NCBI RefSeq assembly: GCF_004010195.1
Contig: NC_057718.1
Span: 78,418,935 to 78,482,934 of the forward strand
Length of the DNA: 64,000 nt
Direction: 5' to 3'
DNA from: Chiloscyllium plagiosum
Taxonomy: Eukaryota
The notes under the pieces: generated by a model
Told to the model about the DNA's origin: nothing
Seen by the model: the letters and a program-made list of their open reading frames with translations, nothing else
Databases searched by the model: none
Part shown: positions 24,096 through 35,947 of the stretch, piece by piece
How the letters are laid out: each line of letters begins with the position of its first letter
Numbering within the stretch: the first letter of the stretch is position 1
Made by a program: the position numbers and the translations under genes

Positions 24096-25001
24096 TTTGT
24101 TTTGTTAAATGTGCTGTACAAGTGCAAATTATAATAATGAAGTAACATCCCTGTAATTGTTGCATTGAAGATTCTGCATGGATATATTAGTTGTATTTTT
24201 CCACCTTTTAACTTGCAGCCTATCTTTGAAAAATTCTGTACCTCTTTCTAGGGAAATTATTATGCAAAAAGTGACTGGTTGTTGCAGAAGAGGAGGTGGA
24301 GTTGCATACAAATACACAAAGGTAAAACTTTCTAAACTTTGTGTGGGCTTTTTCTATGTGGGAAGAAATGATAGTTAAGGACAAGTACAGAAGACAGCTG
24401 TAGCTATTATTTAAAGGTATGCACTTGAAATATATTAATTAGTGAATTTAAGTGCAAAACTATTAGGCTAACCTGATTGGACAGGAGGGTAGGATGGCGT
24501 CGCTACAATAAATCAGTATGAAAGTGGGAGGTTAGTTTATCACCAGAGTAATTGAAAGAATTTGATGTATCTCATGTATCTCAAAACATTTCACAGGTAA
24601 TAGGTTTGATTTGAAGTCTGATACTGTTATGCAAACCAGAGAAGCAACCAGTTTGTGCAGGGAGAAAATTACCAAAATATTTTGGATTATTGTATGGGAT
24701 AAGTGATAAGATTGCTCTTCAAAAAATGCCGAAGGATTTGCATTACTTCCTAAACAAATAGGGTGCTAAGTATAGAATCTGACCTCTTCAAATCAAAGCA
24801 CATTGTAGCACACCTTCAATGTTGCATTTTCGTGGTGCCTTAAATAATGTGCTCCAGTTTCTGAAGTGAAGCTTTGATTCATGATAAACTGATTTGTCTG
24901 AGTGCATTATCACAACCAAGGCTGACACGGCTGACTAAGTTTTGTTTTGTTAAATGTGCTGTACAAGTGCAAATTATAATAATGAAGTGACATCCCTGTA
25001 A
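24096..25001 (+). repeat. 61-bp dispersed direct repeat (24096-24156 and 24941-25001)
   Basis: TTTGTTTTGTTAAATGTGCTGTACAAGTGCAAATTATAATAATGAAGT(A/G)ACATCCCTGTAA, one mismatch. Confidence 0.92.
24252..24321 (+). CDS. IGF2R: IGF2R penultimate exon (juxtamembrane cytoplasmic tail)
   Basis: 70-nt exon between ctttctAG and GTAAAA. Reads EIIMQKVTGCCRRGGGVAYKYTK, versus human ETVISKLTTCCRRSSNVSYKYSK. Confidence 0.95.
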
Positions 25002-25443
25002 CGTCAATTCTCCTGCTCCTTTGCTGCCTGACCTGCTGCGCTTTTCCATCAACACATTTTTCAAAGCTGATATATAGGGCCTATATGCCATATATTCTAC
25101 ATCATAGTATCATTATCTTAGTTTTTATTACTGTAAGGCAATGTCAAAATTTTGAACTTTCTAAATTGATCTAGCTTCATTAGGGTTTAGAAGAATCTCA
25201 TTTAATTGTAAAAGATTGAGGTGATTTGATTGGAATAATGTTGAAAAATTGTCTACTGGTCAATGCATCCAAAACATTAAGGAGCTGGCTGATCATTTAG
25301 GACTAAGGAGAGATTTTTGTTTGCTGGCATGTTTGAGGAATTTCCATAGTTGATTACATTTAAGGCTAGGATAGAGATTTTGGTCTCTAGGGAAAATAAG
25401 GGTTAAAGGAGTAGGCAGGAAAGTGAAGTTTAATCTGAAGATC

Positions 25444-25737
25444 GTGGTTAGCACTGCTGCCTCGCAGCACCAGGGTCCCAGGTTTGGTTCCAGCCTCTGG
25501 CGACTGTCTGTGTGGAGTTTGCCCATTCTCCCCTTGTCTGCGTGGGTTTCCTCCGGGTGTTCCGGTTTCCTTCCACAGTCCAAAGGATGTGCAGGTCAGG
25601 TGAATTGGCCATGCTAAATTGCCCGTAGTGTTAGGTGCATCAGTTAGACGGAATAGATCTGGATGGGTTACTCTTCGGAGGGTCAGTGTGGACTTGTTGG
25701 GCTGAAGGGCCTGTTTCCACACAGGGAATCTAATCTA
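25444..25737 (+). mobile_element. HE1-like V-SINE, slightly 5'-truncated
   Basis: Collinear with 60666-60952 and ends AATCTAATCT. Confidence 0.88.
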
Positions 25738-26715
25738 AAAAATGATCGTATTGAATGATGGAGCAGACCTCACAGACTGGTAACTTCTCCTATTCCTTAT
25801 TTTTGTGTATTTGTCACTACTTTCCATTGTGTAGCATTCATAATTGTAAACAAAAAATTATACTCCATCCATGTGCATGTCTCCTGTAAGAAAGCATAGA
25901 ATGCTGTTAGGCTCTCCGAAGGACAGCTAAAGTGGCCTCTGCGCAGTAGCGGACAGCAACTTATAAGTTGTTATTAATGTCCCAAATACATACATGGTCA
26001 CCTTTTTACAGTAACTGGCTGTGCCCTGAAGTTAGAATTGTGACTGCAGCAGTTAACAGCTTTCAGTGAGGACTTCATTAAGAAGTTCCAATATCACGCT
26101 GGTTTTTCTCCCCAAAATTCAGATAGGGGAATTGCTCTATGATATGCCCCCTGTGAAAATTGTGACTCCAATTCTCCCAGTTGTGCTTGATTCCAAGAGA
26201 AATGTTGACGAGCACACCAACATTTGGAGCCTAGGAACAGCTGGTTTGGGCAGAAAATCAGCAAAAGAACACACGTCTGCTATATTACACCCTACATACT
26301 TTGTTTCGTGTTTCAATGAATTTAACATGCAGTTTTTTAGCAATAAGTAAAAGTAGTCAGTCATCAACTAACACGTAAGCAGTTTGATTATCCTTTCAAC
26401 TAGCACTATTGAGAAGTCATGCTTGCAGAAAAATGTGTATTGCTTAAAGCAAGTTGTCAAATGGAATATTAAGCTACAAAATAGAAGTACTAACATCAAG
26501 ACTATGCTGCACGTGAGGTGAATAATTATAAATTTATTCAGTCTTTCCCACCAGCTGGATATCTATCCTTTGCCATTTAGCCATCGGTATCCAGCATTGG
26601 GTGACCATTAAAATAAGATTAATTGAAGCTGTTCTATTGGATTTCTTTAGATTAAAGGCTAGGGTCTCAGTAAAATCAGGCTGGGAAGTTATTTTGTATT
26701 TTTTTCCCCAATCAG

Positions 26716-27156
26716 ATTAATGGGCAAGAGGACGGTGATGAAAATGAGACTGAATGGTTGATGGAAGAAATCTCCTCGTCTGAGAATGGACAGAAACCAG
26801 CAAAAGAGTATCAGCAAAATGGCTTGACCCATGTCACTAAAGCTGTAAACGCTGATGTATTTGGGTCATTCCCACTGGATGATCAGGACAGTGAAGATGA
26901 GGTTTTGACTGTGCCACAAGTGAAAATCAGCTCAACCAGAACAGGAGAGCCCAAGATCAGGGGTAATCAAAAGCAGCGGCATCCACAAAACAAGCACTTT
27001 CATGATGAAAGTGATGAGGATTTACTTGGTTTAAATAATGAAAAGAAGGAAACAAAGGGAAAATTGAAACCACAAATGAAGCAAAACAGGCCAGCAAATG
27101 ACTCCACAAATATCACTTTTCATGATGACAGTGATGAGGACATGCTAAAGGGTTAA
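26716..27156 (+). CDS. IGF2R: IGF2R last coding exon (cytoplasmic tail) with stop codon
   Basis: Acceptor ccccaatcAG. Reads INGQEDGDENETEWLMEEI...DDQDSEDEVLTVPQVK...TFHDDSDEDMLKG*, matching the human ENETEWLMEEI, DDQDSEDEVLT and FHDDSDEDLLHI motifs. TAA at 27154-27156. Confidence 0.96.
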   Translation: MNGQEDGDENETEWLMEEISSSENGQKPAKEYQQNGLTHVTKAVNADVFGSFPLDDQDSEDEVLTVPQVKISSTRTGEPKIRGNQKQRHPQNKHFHDESDEDLLGLNNEKKETKGKLKPQMKQNRPANDSTNITFHDDSDEDMLKG

Positions 27157-28055
27157 CCATTGTGCCTATCTAATAGCCTGATAGGACACCCAGCCCAGCA
27201 GTCTGGATGAGAGGAACTTGCCTGTCATTTATTCTGCTGAATGTTTGAATAACCCTGCTGATTTTTTTGCAAATTATACGCAAGAAGGGAACTGCATAAA
27301 CGCTCCTGATTGTTTACAATAATGTGTAAAGGGACAAATCTTTGATTTCCTAGCATTTGCCTGAGGGATATTTATATATTAAAGCTTGTGCACATGGCCA
27401 TTTCTTTGGGGCAATAATTATTGCACCTAAGTATTGCAAAGAGCTCTATGATGCTTTCTTTAGCTTTGACCTTATTCTTCTGACAATGAGAAGGAAGGGG
27501 AGCAGAGTAAAAGAATATTTGTTACTTTGCAGCTCAATATCTTTGATTAGCTTCCATGAAGCACTGCCCTTTTTGCGTCAATATTTATTGCAAGTTAAAA
27601 GAGGAAAGGGTTAGTGAACACTGGTACTTTCTTCATCCTCCCAACCAGAACCGGTACAGTGATGTAGGGAAATGCAGAGGGTTTGGACATAATCATCATT
27701 TTTGGAAAATTGTTTGATTCATATACTGAAAGGAAACATTTGACAAAAGGCTACACAGTGTTGCAAAAAATGTGTTAAATGCAAGTATGAAAGTTGACAG
27801 GAAATTTATTCAAGATGTGTCGGCTCTAATCCTTTTGCATGACCCTCCTATGAAGTATTTTTACAATATTATTGTGCATATTTGATGGATTGATACCAAA
27901 GTGCAACAATGTGTTGGGCAGGTGTTTTTTTTTTGTATCTATTTCTGTTTTGGGTTCAAAGGTTTTTAATTATTTTCAAATCAAAGATGTGTGGTTTTTT
28001 GTTTCTACCGAAGGTTTGATAATTTTGTTGTAATATGAAGCACAACACCCATTTC

Positions 28056-28061
28056 AATAAA
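28056..28061 (+). promoter_or_regulatory. Probable IGF2R polyadenylation signal (3' UTR about 0.9 kb)
   Basis: AATAAA about 900 nt after the stop, following a U-rich stretch with no recognisable repeats. Its use is not demonstrated. Confidence 0.5.
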
Positions 28062-28880
28062 AGATGAAAATATTCCATTCTTGTAATGCTCCACGTAATA
28101 CTTTGTCATTTCATCAGTGCATTCGCATAAAATGCTGCGTCTTTTCACACACTAAATTTTAATGTTAAATTTGATTTAAAATTAGTTGCAGCATTTGCTT
28201 TCTTTTGAAAGTATGTTCATTTTCTCATTAAGTTTTTGATATTTATAAGATTAAAGAAAGAGAAACAGCACTTTATAAGCAACTTGGGTATAATCTTCAA
28301 ATGATCTGTTATTTGCCAGCCTTGGCAATGTGATCCATATTTTGGAAAGTGCAGCAAAAAAGAGTCATGAATGCATGTGTGTACATCCTGCTGCAAAATG
28401 CTTTTTTTCCCTTCATTCTCCATCCATGCAATTGCACATTCAGTTGAAACCCTCCTATTTTAATGCAGCATAAATCCGTGTCACCTCTTGTTGTGCCATT
28501 CTTTGTTTTCAGAATTGTTTATGAAACTTAAAGTATGATCCTCTGGTTTCTTTCCAGTTAGCAATTATCAGTTGCCTATTTTGTCCTAATGCATACTCAT
28601 GTCCTAGAACATTGACTTTTTTTTGTTGTTTCCACTTTCTGTAATAGTCTCCCATTTTAGAATGATCAGTATTGCCAAAAATTGTTTCTTTTAACTTGGT
28701 CTGACTTGAATAGTTACTTCTAATTGTCCCTAATTACCCTTGAGTGAAGATAGTGATGAAGGTGCTGCAACCTTGAACGGTTGCAATCTGTGTTTTAGGT
28801 GGACCTCCCCTGGGCCATTAGGTGTGGAATTTCAGGATTTTGACCCAGTGACACTGATGGAAGGGTGATATAGTTCCAAG

Positions 28881-29007
28881 GCAAAAGTGAGGACTGCAGA
28901 TGCTGGAGATCAGAGTCCAGATTTGAGTGCTGCTGGAAAAGCACAGCAGGGGCAGCATCTGCGGAGCAGTAAAATCCACTTATCGGACATAAGCCCTTCA
29001 TCAGGAA
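28881..29007 (-). mobile_element. Family-A single-arm copy
   Basis: Same GACTGCAGATGCTGG...GCTGGAAAAGCACAGCAGG...CCCTTCATCAGG sequence. TTCCAAG is duplicated at 28874 and 29008. Confidence 0.75.
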
Positions 29008-30681
29008 TTCCAAGTCAGGATGGTGAGTGGTTTGGAGGGAACTTATGTTGGTGTTCCCATATATCTACTACTCTTATCCTTCCAGGTGGAAGTGGGTGTA
29101 GCTTTGGAAGGTATGATCTAACACTTTTTTTGCTAAATTTCTACAGTGCACATTATAGATACATACTGTTGCTCCTGAACGTCAGTGGTAGAGGAAGTGG
29201 ATATTTGTGGATGTAGTGCCAGTCAAGTAGGCTGCTTTATTCTGGATGGTGTCAAGCTGCTTAAGTGTTTGAAGTTACACTCAGCCAGGCTAGTGGGGGA
29301 ATATTACAGCACACTCCTGACTTGTGTAATATATAGATTGAGGACTAGCTTTGGGAAGTCAGGAGGTGAGTTACTTGTGGCAATATTGCCAAGTCCCGTT
29401 GTAGCCATAATTTATTTGAGTCCACTTGAATTTCTGGTCAGTGGTTTCTCACCACCTCCCCACCCCCATACAAAGATATTGTAATAAAATGATAGAGTAG
29501 ACAAGAAAGAAATTACAAAATCATGACAATGGACAATAGGTGCAGGAATAGGCCATTCAGCTCTTCGAGCCAGCACCACCATTCATTATGACTATGGCTG
29601 ATCATCCTCAATCAGTATCCTGCCTTATCCCCATAACCCTTGATTCCACATGGACATAAGCCTGGTAATTCACATTAGTGGGTAAATAGTTATAAATTAA
29701 TTATAACTGAAATACATTAAAGCAAAATCAGTCAATTTATGTATTAAAATAGGAAATGACTGAGGGACAACACAGCTGATGCGTCAGTTTCATGTAACTG
29801 TGCTATCTTGATTTGCCTTGTTTCTGTAAGGATGCTGCCATGCCAGTGATATCTTCCAGACCTGGAAATCCAAATTCTATGGAGGATCCAGTAAAGCTGT
29901 CATTAAAATTAATTACTTGGTAAATGAGAGTTAATAAACATTTACAACTGAAATATGGATGGTGGTATCTGACATAGATGTTTGTGACATAAATATGCAT
30001 GTTTATTTACGCCACATTGAGCAAATGCATAAACTGTTGCCATGTTAAACTCAGCATTGATTTTTACTTTAGATGATTGGGAACCTTTGAAGCAAGGTTG
30101 AGAGCTATAATATTGAAATTACTACTTCATTTTTAGACCAATCCAGGATTAACCTTTGGGAAATCATCTACCCTTGAGGAAATTAGCTGGTGTTTATAAC
30201 AATTCTGTAAAGGATGTCCTGTTTCTCAAAGCTTTGTATCCAATTCTGAGCTCATTTTGCCATTGCAGCCCATCACCTTTTCAGAATAATTAAAGTGAAA
30301 ATTTGTTCTTTTTTTTTTTGTTTCGTGGGTTCTTAAATACCACAATTGTGCAATTTTAACCTTTTTTGGGTTGAAAAAATACAATTGGCCAAGGCAGCCT
30401 TGAGGATGAATTCAGAGTACAGAGGGGATGGTGTCATGGAACTACTAAGGAACAACTGTTTGAAATCTCCGAATGTGTAATGAGATGAATGAATCTTGAG
30501 TAAAGAATTTTTTTACCACAAGGGTGATCATAACATGATAGAGTTTTACATTGTATTTGAAGGTGAGAAACTTGGGTCTGAAACTAATACCTTAAAGGCA
30601 AATGGAAAAGCTAGGATATAGTTAACTGCAGTGAATTGGAAAAGTGGGTCAAAGGGAAAGATGGTACATAAACAGCAGCAA

Positions 30682-30845
30682 ATACAGAGAGCCTTGATTA
30701 TCCGAATGACACGGATGGGAAGTATTTTGTTTGGGTAATCGAATATTGGATAAACAAATGCTGGATAACTGTTTAGTCAAACATCAGGACCTTGCGATCT
30801 TGATTGGATAATACGAAATTCAGGTAATTGATGTTTGGATTGTTT
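30682..30845. mobile_element. Probable Tigger-like MITE fragment
   Basis: Starts TA-CAGAGAGCCTTGATTATCCGAA, with repeated internal TGGATAA subterminal motifs. Confidence 0.4.
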
Positions 30846-30904
30846 AAGATATTTTTCAACTCAACAAAGATGTACTCCATTGAGAGAAACAAAGGAAAGC
30901 TAAA

Positions 30905-31033
30905 GATAAAAATCACAACACCAGGTTTTAGCCCAGTAGGTTTATTTGGAAGCACTAGCTTTTGGAACGTTGCTCCTTCATCAGTTGGTTGTACAGTTGG
31001 GCTATTACCTGATGTTGTGATTTTTAACTTTGT
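30905..31033. mobile_element. Family-B element, internally deleted; a further arm lies at about 31820-31935 with intact CTGATGA at 31853
   Basis: Reads AAAATCACAACACCAGG...GGAAGCACTAGCTTTTGGAACGTTGCTCCTTCATCAG...TGTTGTGATTTTTAACTTTGT. Confidence 0.7.
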
Positions 31034-31149
31034 ACATCAGCATCAAATCAAAACTAAAGATGAAATCACATTGAAGGTAAAAGCAAACAGTGCTGCAATA
31101 CAATGGGTAGGAAACGAAGTTGAAGATGTAAAATATATGTAAAGACATA

Positions 31150-31585
31150 TGGTAGATGCAGGTTTGCTCGCTAAGATGGAAGGTTTGTTTTCAGATGTTT
31201 TGTCACTGTACTGGTAACATCTTCAGTGAGTGTCCAGATGAAGCACTGGTGATGTAGCCCCCTTTGTTTGGGTTTCCTTGGGTTGGTGATGTATTTCCTG
31301 TGATTATGTCATTTCATATTTTTCTTGGGGTGATAAATGGGATCCAAGTCACACTTGATAGAGTGCCGGTTGCAATGTCATGCTTCTAGGAATTCCCGTG
31401 TATGTTTGGCTTGTCCTAGGATGGATGTGTTGTCCCAGTCAAAATGACCCACTCTCATTAGTATCCTTACATACGGAATTCTGAGAAGCATGGCGTTCCG
31501 ACCGAAACACACTCAACAAACACATTATTTGGATCCCATTTACCATCCTGTGAGAAAAAGAACAGGAAATGATGTCACCACAGGA
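31150..31585 (-). mobile_element. Penelope-like element 3' relic (GIY-YIG C-terminus plus pLTR) with inverted partial duplication
   Basis: Minus strand about 31353-31446 translates HFDWDNTSILGQAKHTREFLEA*HCNRHSIK. A plus-strand inverted copy (...EAWRSDRNTLNKHI...) lies at about 31474-31580. A hammerhead-like motif is on the minus strand at 31191-31229. Confidence 0.75.
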
Positions 31586-34500
31586 GTTATACATTGAAAT
31601 GTGGGGTGTGTGTGGTGGAGGAGGGTGGCAGTTTGTGTTTGTGAGTATATGAGCGTGTACAGGGGTCGAAGTCTGTGAGAAGGTGTGTGTGTGCACTTAA
31701 ACTTGTTGAGCCCCAGTGTATCTCCACTTTGTCCAGGCCCTGGACTGAGTAGGTGCTGGGAGTATCTAGAACTGGAGGACACAGTTTCAACATACTGTAT
31801 AATTTCAGTTATATCACATTATAAACTTTTGCTATAAATTCTCCACAACCACCTGATGAAGGAGCAGCTCTCAAAAAGCTAGTGCTTCCAATTAAACCTC
31901 TTTGACTATAACCTAGTGTTGTGTGATTTTAACTGAAATCTTTGACTATTGTACATAATGTAGCCTTCACTAAGCACTACTGATCTCCTAAGAGAATCAC
32001 ATTTCCATATCAGTTCAAAGTTATTGGAAACTTGAAATTAATTTTGAGCCTAGATTTTCCATCATTATTGGTAGTATGAATCTAATTTAGGCAGTTCTTT
32101 TTTTAAAAAAAACAACAGGTCACATCTTGATTGTGTAATTTATTGATTTTTTTTCCTTCATGATCTGGTTGAATCTTTTCATTTTCATATTGTATTGATG
32201 ATCTGTCATGCCATCTGTATGTAGAGTCCTCTTTCAGGATTGGGAGGTGGTGTATTTGGAGGCTGAGGGGTACTGGGGGCTAATACAATTGTGTTACATG
32301 GAGAACTCACTGAAATGTCAGTCTTAGATTTCCTCGAGCTAACTAGTTTCAGTGCTAAACAATTATTATCTCCAACACATACAAATCGTACCATGGTCCC
32401 TTGACATTCAATGGCATTACCATTCTGGGAGTTACCAGTTTAGCATGTGGCCACTTGCATTGCAGATGGCACATGAAGAGCTGAAGTCATCCAATCCAGG
32501 ACATCACCCATGTACTGAACTTCTGCCCTGAGAAATCCATTCCTGGTGGCAACATAACCCTGCACACTGCCTCAGCTGAAATTGTTGAATAGATTGTTAA
32601 TTTAGCATCAAATGTTAGTCATTCCCAGCCATGTGATTTTTGAAAAAAAATGTTTATTATCACTAATAGGAAAGCTTTTAGAAACCATCGTTTGGGGAAA
32701 ATTACCTAACATTTAGATTAACTTTCCCATATTAAGTCCATGTTTATGTTTGACTAATCTGAGTTTTTGATCAGGGCAGATGATGTTATATGTAAGAATT
32801 TTCAAAAGGCCTTTGATTTTAGAGGGATTATTACACTTCTGGGCAAGATTTACACCTATTGGAATTAAATAAAATGCTTTAAATTATATAATGCCTTTCC
32901 TGAACATCTTGTAATATTACAGTGCAGCAAGACCTGGAAAATATGACAGCAATTTTATCCTGCATGTACAATGCTTCAGTCGGCCTCTGATCATAAATAA
33001 GCAGACCTATGCCAATCCATCAGATTATGCTGATATGATTATGGCCTTAGCTCAACATCCCTGTTTGCCTCCTTATTCTTTAATTTCCTTATTGATAAAA
33101 ATCTGTCCAGCTCAGTCTTGAATATATTTAATGACACAGTCTGCACTAGATTCATGAGAATTCTAAGGACTGTGGAGGAAAATGAGTTCTAAGGAATTCT
33201 GTGGAGGAAAATGAATTCCAATGTTCTGCCTCACTGGACTAGAAATCAATCCTTGCTATTCCCAAAGTCGTCATAAAACTTTAAGATTTTAAGTGCATTT
33301 AATTCCCCAATTTACTTGTCTCTTCAACCTCGGTTGACAGAAACTATTGATCAGGTTTCTGTTCTTAACATAAATTATTTAAAAGCTGAAAGAACTGTGC
33401 ATGCTGTAAATCAAACAAAAACGTAAATTGCTGGACAAGCTCAGCAGACTGGCAGCCTGAGTTCTGAGGAAGGCACTCTCAACCCAAAGCATTTGTCTCC
33501 ACAGATGCTGCCAGACCTGCTGAGCTTTTCCAACAATTTGATTTTGCTTATGAATTACTTATTAGAATTAAATTGATCCTAGCAACATGTGCACAATTGT
33601 GAACCATCAGCAAGTAATACTAGTTAAAATGCTAGATTTTTGGAGGCATAGGGTAGCTGGTTCATACTTATTTAAAATTCAGAACTTTTATAAAAGTCTA
33701 CGCTTACAACAATGATTGAAGAAAGAAAAAACGTTTTCTTCAGGTTTAAAGTGGTTTTGCTGCTGAGAAAAGGTGCAGTTCCTGAACTGCTGGTGATCTG
33801 ATTGCTTATTCCCATCTTATTCACAGATTTAAGATGTTCTGTTATGAGAGAACCAGACAGTTGATGGAAGGCAAAAGATGCCTTTAGCGTTGAGAACTGG
33901 TCATTGGTCCACGGACTGATCAGCTACTTGTGGGTTGATTCTCCATTTGTACACAGACCTGACTCCAAACCTACACTTTCTACTGCTGCTTGAACTAGCA
34001 GCTGTCTAAACAGTGCTTGCAATGAGCGTACGATTACTTGATTTTTAAAACTGCAGTAATCGTTCAACCATTCTTGGTTTTAAACCAATTCTTTTCCCAT
34101 TCAGTGCATACTCAAAAAAACAAAATCATTATTTACGCTGTCCACAGGGTTTGCTGAGATGATCATTTTGGGACCTTCTGCATCTTTTGATATACCAGCT
34201 CCAGGTATTCCCACTTGTTTGTAGGAGGCACACTGTGATTGGTTCATACTTGCATTTCTGACTTGCTGAAAGCTTTCGCTCTTTACCAGTGACTGATGAG
34301 GGGAAACAAACTGGCTTTCTTCAAGCTTGGTATTTAAAACAAAAATTCAGGAGGACAGTTCCTTCCTTGCTAGAGATTTGTTGACTTCTAACCAAGCATT
34401 CATACACTTCAGCTGCCTGGGAGCCAGTCACATACTGGTAGGCAGAGAGCCTTTGCCATTGGTTTGTGGACTGGTGACCAGTTATCAATCAGTTACTAGT

Positions 34501-34945
34501 CAAATCTCCATTTGTACGCACCCTTTTGCAACTTGTTTGCTTAGACTAACTACACTACTTGATCAAATAGCACTTACAATAAGTATCAAGTTACCTAGAG
34601 ACTTATTAAAGCTATGAATGAATACATCAGTGGGAATAATGGTCTGCTTTAGCACAGACTAAATTTTACCAGCTTGAAAGGTGCAGATGTGTTCAGCTTG
34701 GTTTTAGTGCATTGCTTTCATGTTGTAAATAGTGAGGGAAAGTTTGAAGTATTTGAATCCTGAGACATTGTAGGCTGAAAGCTGTTATTGAATTATGCCA
34801 TTGACAACTAGGTTTGGTACAGCTTAGACTGGTTATCTTTAATACTATTTAGTGTATGTGTTCTGGTGCCAGTGTTCTATCATAAGACCATGTAAGGTAG
34901 GAGCAGAAATAGTCCATTAAGCCCATTGAGTCTGCTCCTATATTT

Positions 34946-35947
34946 AGTCATAGAGATGTGTACAGCATGGAAACAAACCCTTCGGTCCAACCCGTCCATG
35001 CTGACCAGATATCGCAACCCAATCTAGTCCCACCTGCCAGCACCCGGCCCATATCCTTCAACCCTTCCGATTCATATACCCATCCAAATGCCTCTTAAAT
35101 GTTGCAATTGTACCAGCCTCCTCCACATCCTCTGGCAGCTCATTCCATCCACATACCACCCTCTGTGTGGAAAAAGTTGCCCTTTAGGTCTCTCTCATAT
35201 CTTTCCCCTCTCACCCTAAACCTATGCCCTCTAGTTCTGGACTCTCCAACCCCAGAGAAAAGACTTTGTCTATTTATCCTATCCATGCCCCTCATAATTT
35301 TGTAAACCTCTATAAGGTCACCCTTCAGCCTCCAAAGCTCCGATAGGAAGGAGACCAGAATTGCACGCAATATTCCAACACTGGCCTAACCAATGTCCTG
35401 TACTCAATACTCTGACCAATAAAGGAAATCATACCAAACGCCTTCTTCACTATCCTATCTACCTGCGACTCCATTCTGTTTGTTCAGCAACACTCCGTAG
35501 GACCTTACCATTAAGTGTATAAGTCCTGCTAACATTTGCTTTCCCAAAATGCAGCACCTCACATTTATCTGAATTAAACTCCATCTGCCACTTCTCAGCC
35601 CATTGGCCCATCTGGTCAAGATCCTGTTGTAATCTGAGGTAACCCTCTTCGCTGTCCACTACACCTCCAATTTTGGTGTCATCTGCAAACTTACTAACTG
35701 TACCGCTTATGCTCGCATCCAAATCATTTATGTAAATGACGAAAAGTAGAGGGCCCAGCACCGATCCTTGTGGCACTCCACTAATCACAGGCCTCCAGTC
35801 TGAAAAACAACCGTCCACCACCACCCTCTGTCTTCTACCTTTTGAGCCAGTTCCTATCCAAATGGGTAGTTCCTGTATTCCATGAGATCTAAGCGTGCTA
35901 ATCAGTCTCCCATGGGGAACCTTGTTGAATGCCTTACTGAAATCCAT
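34946..35947 (-). mobile_element. CR1 LINE RT fragment inserted into an older CR1-type tail (about 34880-36420)
   Basis: ORF 35459-35947 reads DFSKAFNKVPH...SGVPQGSVLGPLLFVIYINDL...SKFADDTKIGG...WQMEFNSDKCEVLHFG. Confidence 0.93.

Noticed and set aside
26066..26367. Overlapping ORFs in the last IGF2R intron as an alternative exon or antisense gene
   Set aside because: No recognisable homology, and the flanking exons already join in frame.
1..28100. Airn-like antisense lncRNA or imprinting control region
   Set aside because: The mammalian element lies in intron 2, outside this 3' part of the gene, and no CpG island is visible here.
33160..33220. Short imperfect tandem (TTCTAAGGA...CTGTGGAGGAAAATGA twice)
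   Set aside because: Ordinary slippage duplication inside a decayed repeat.
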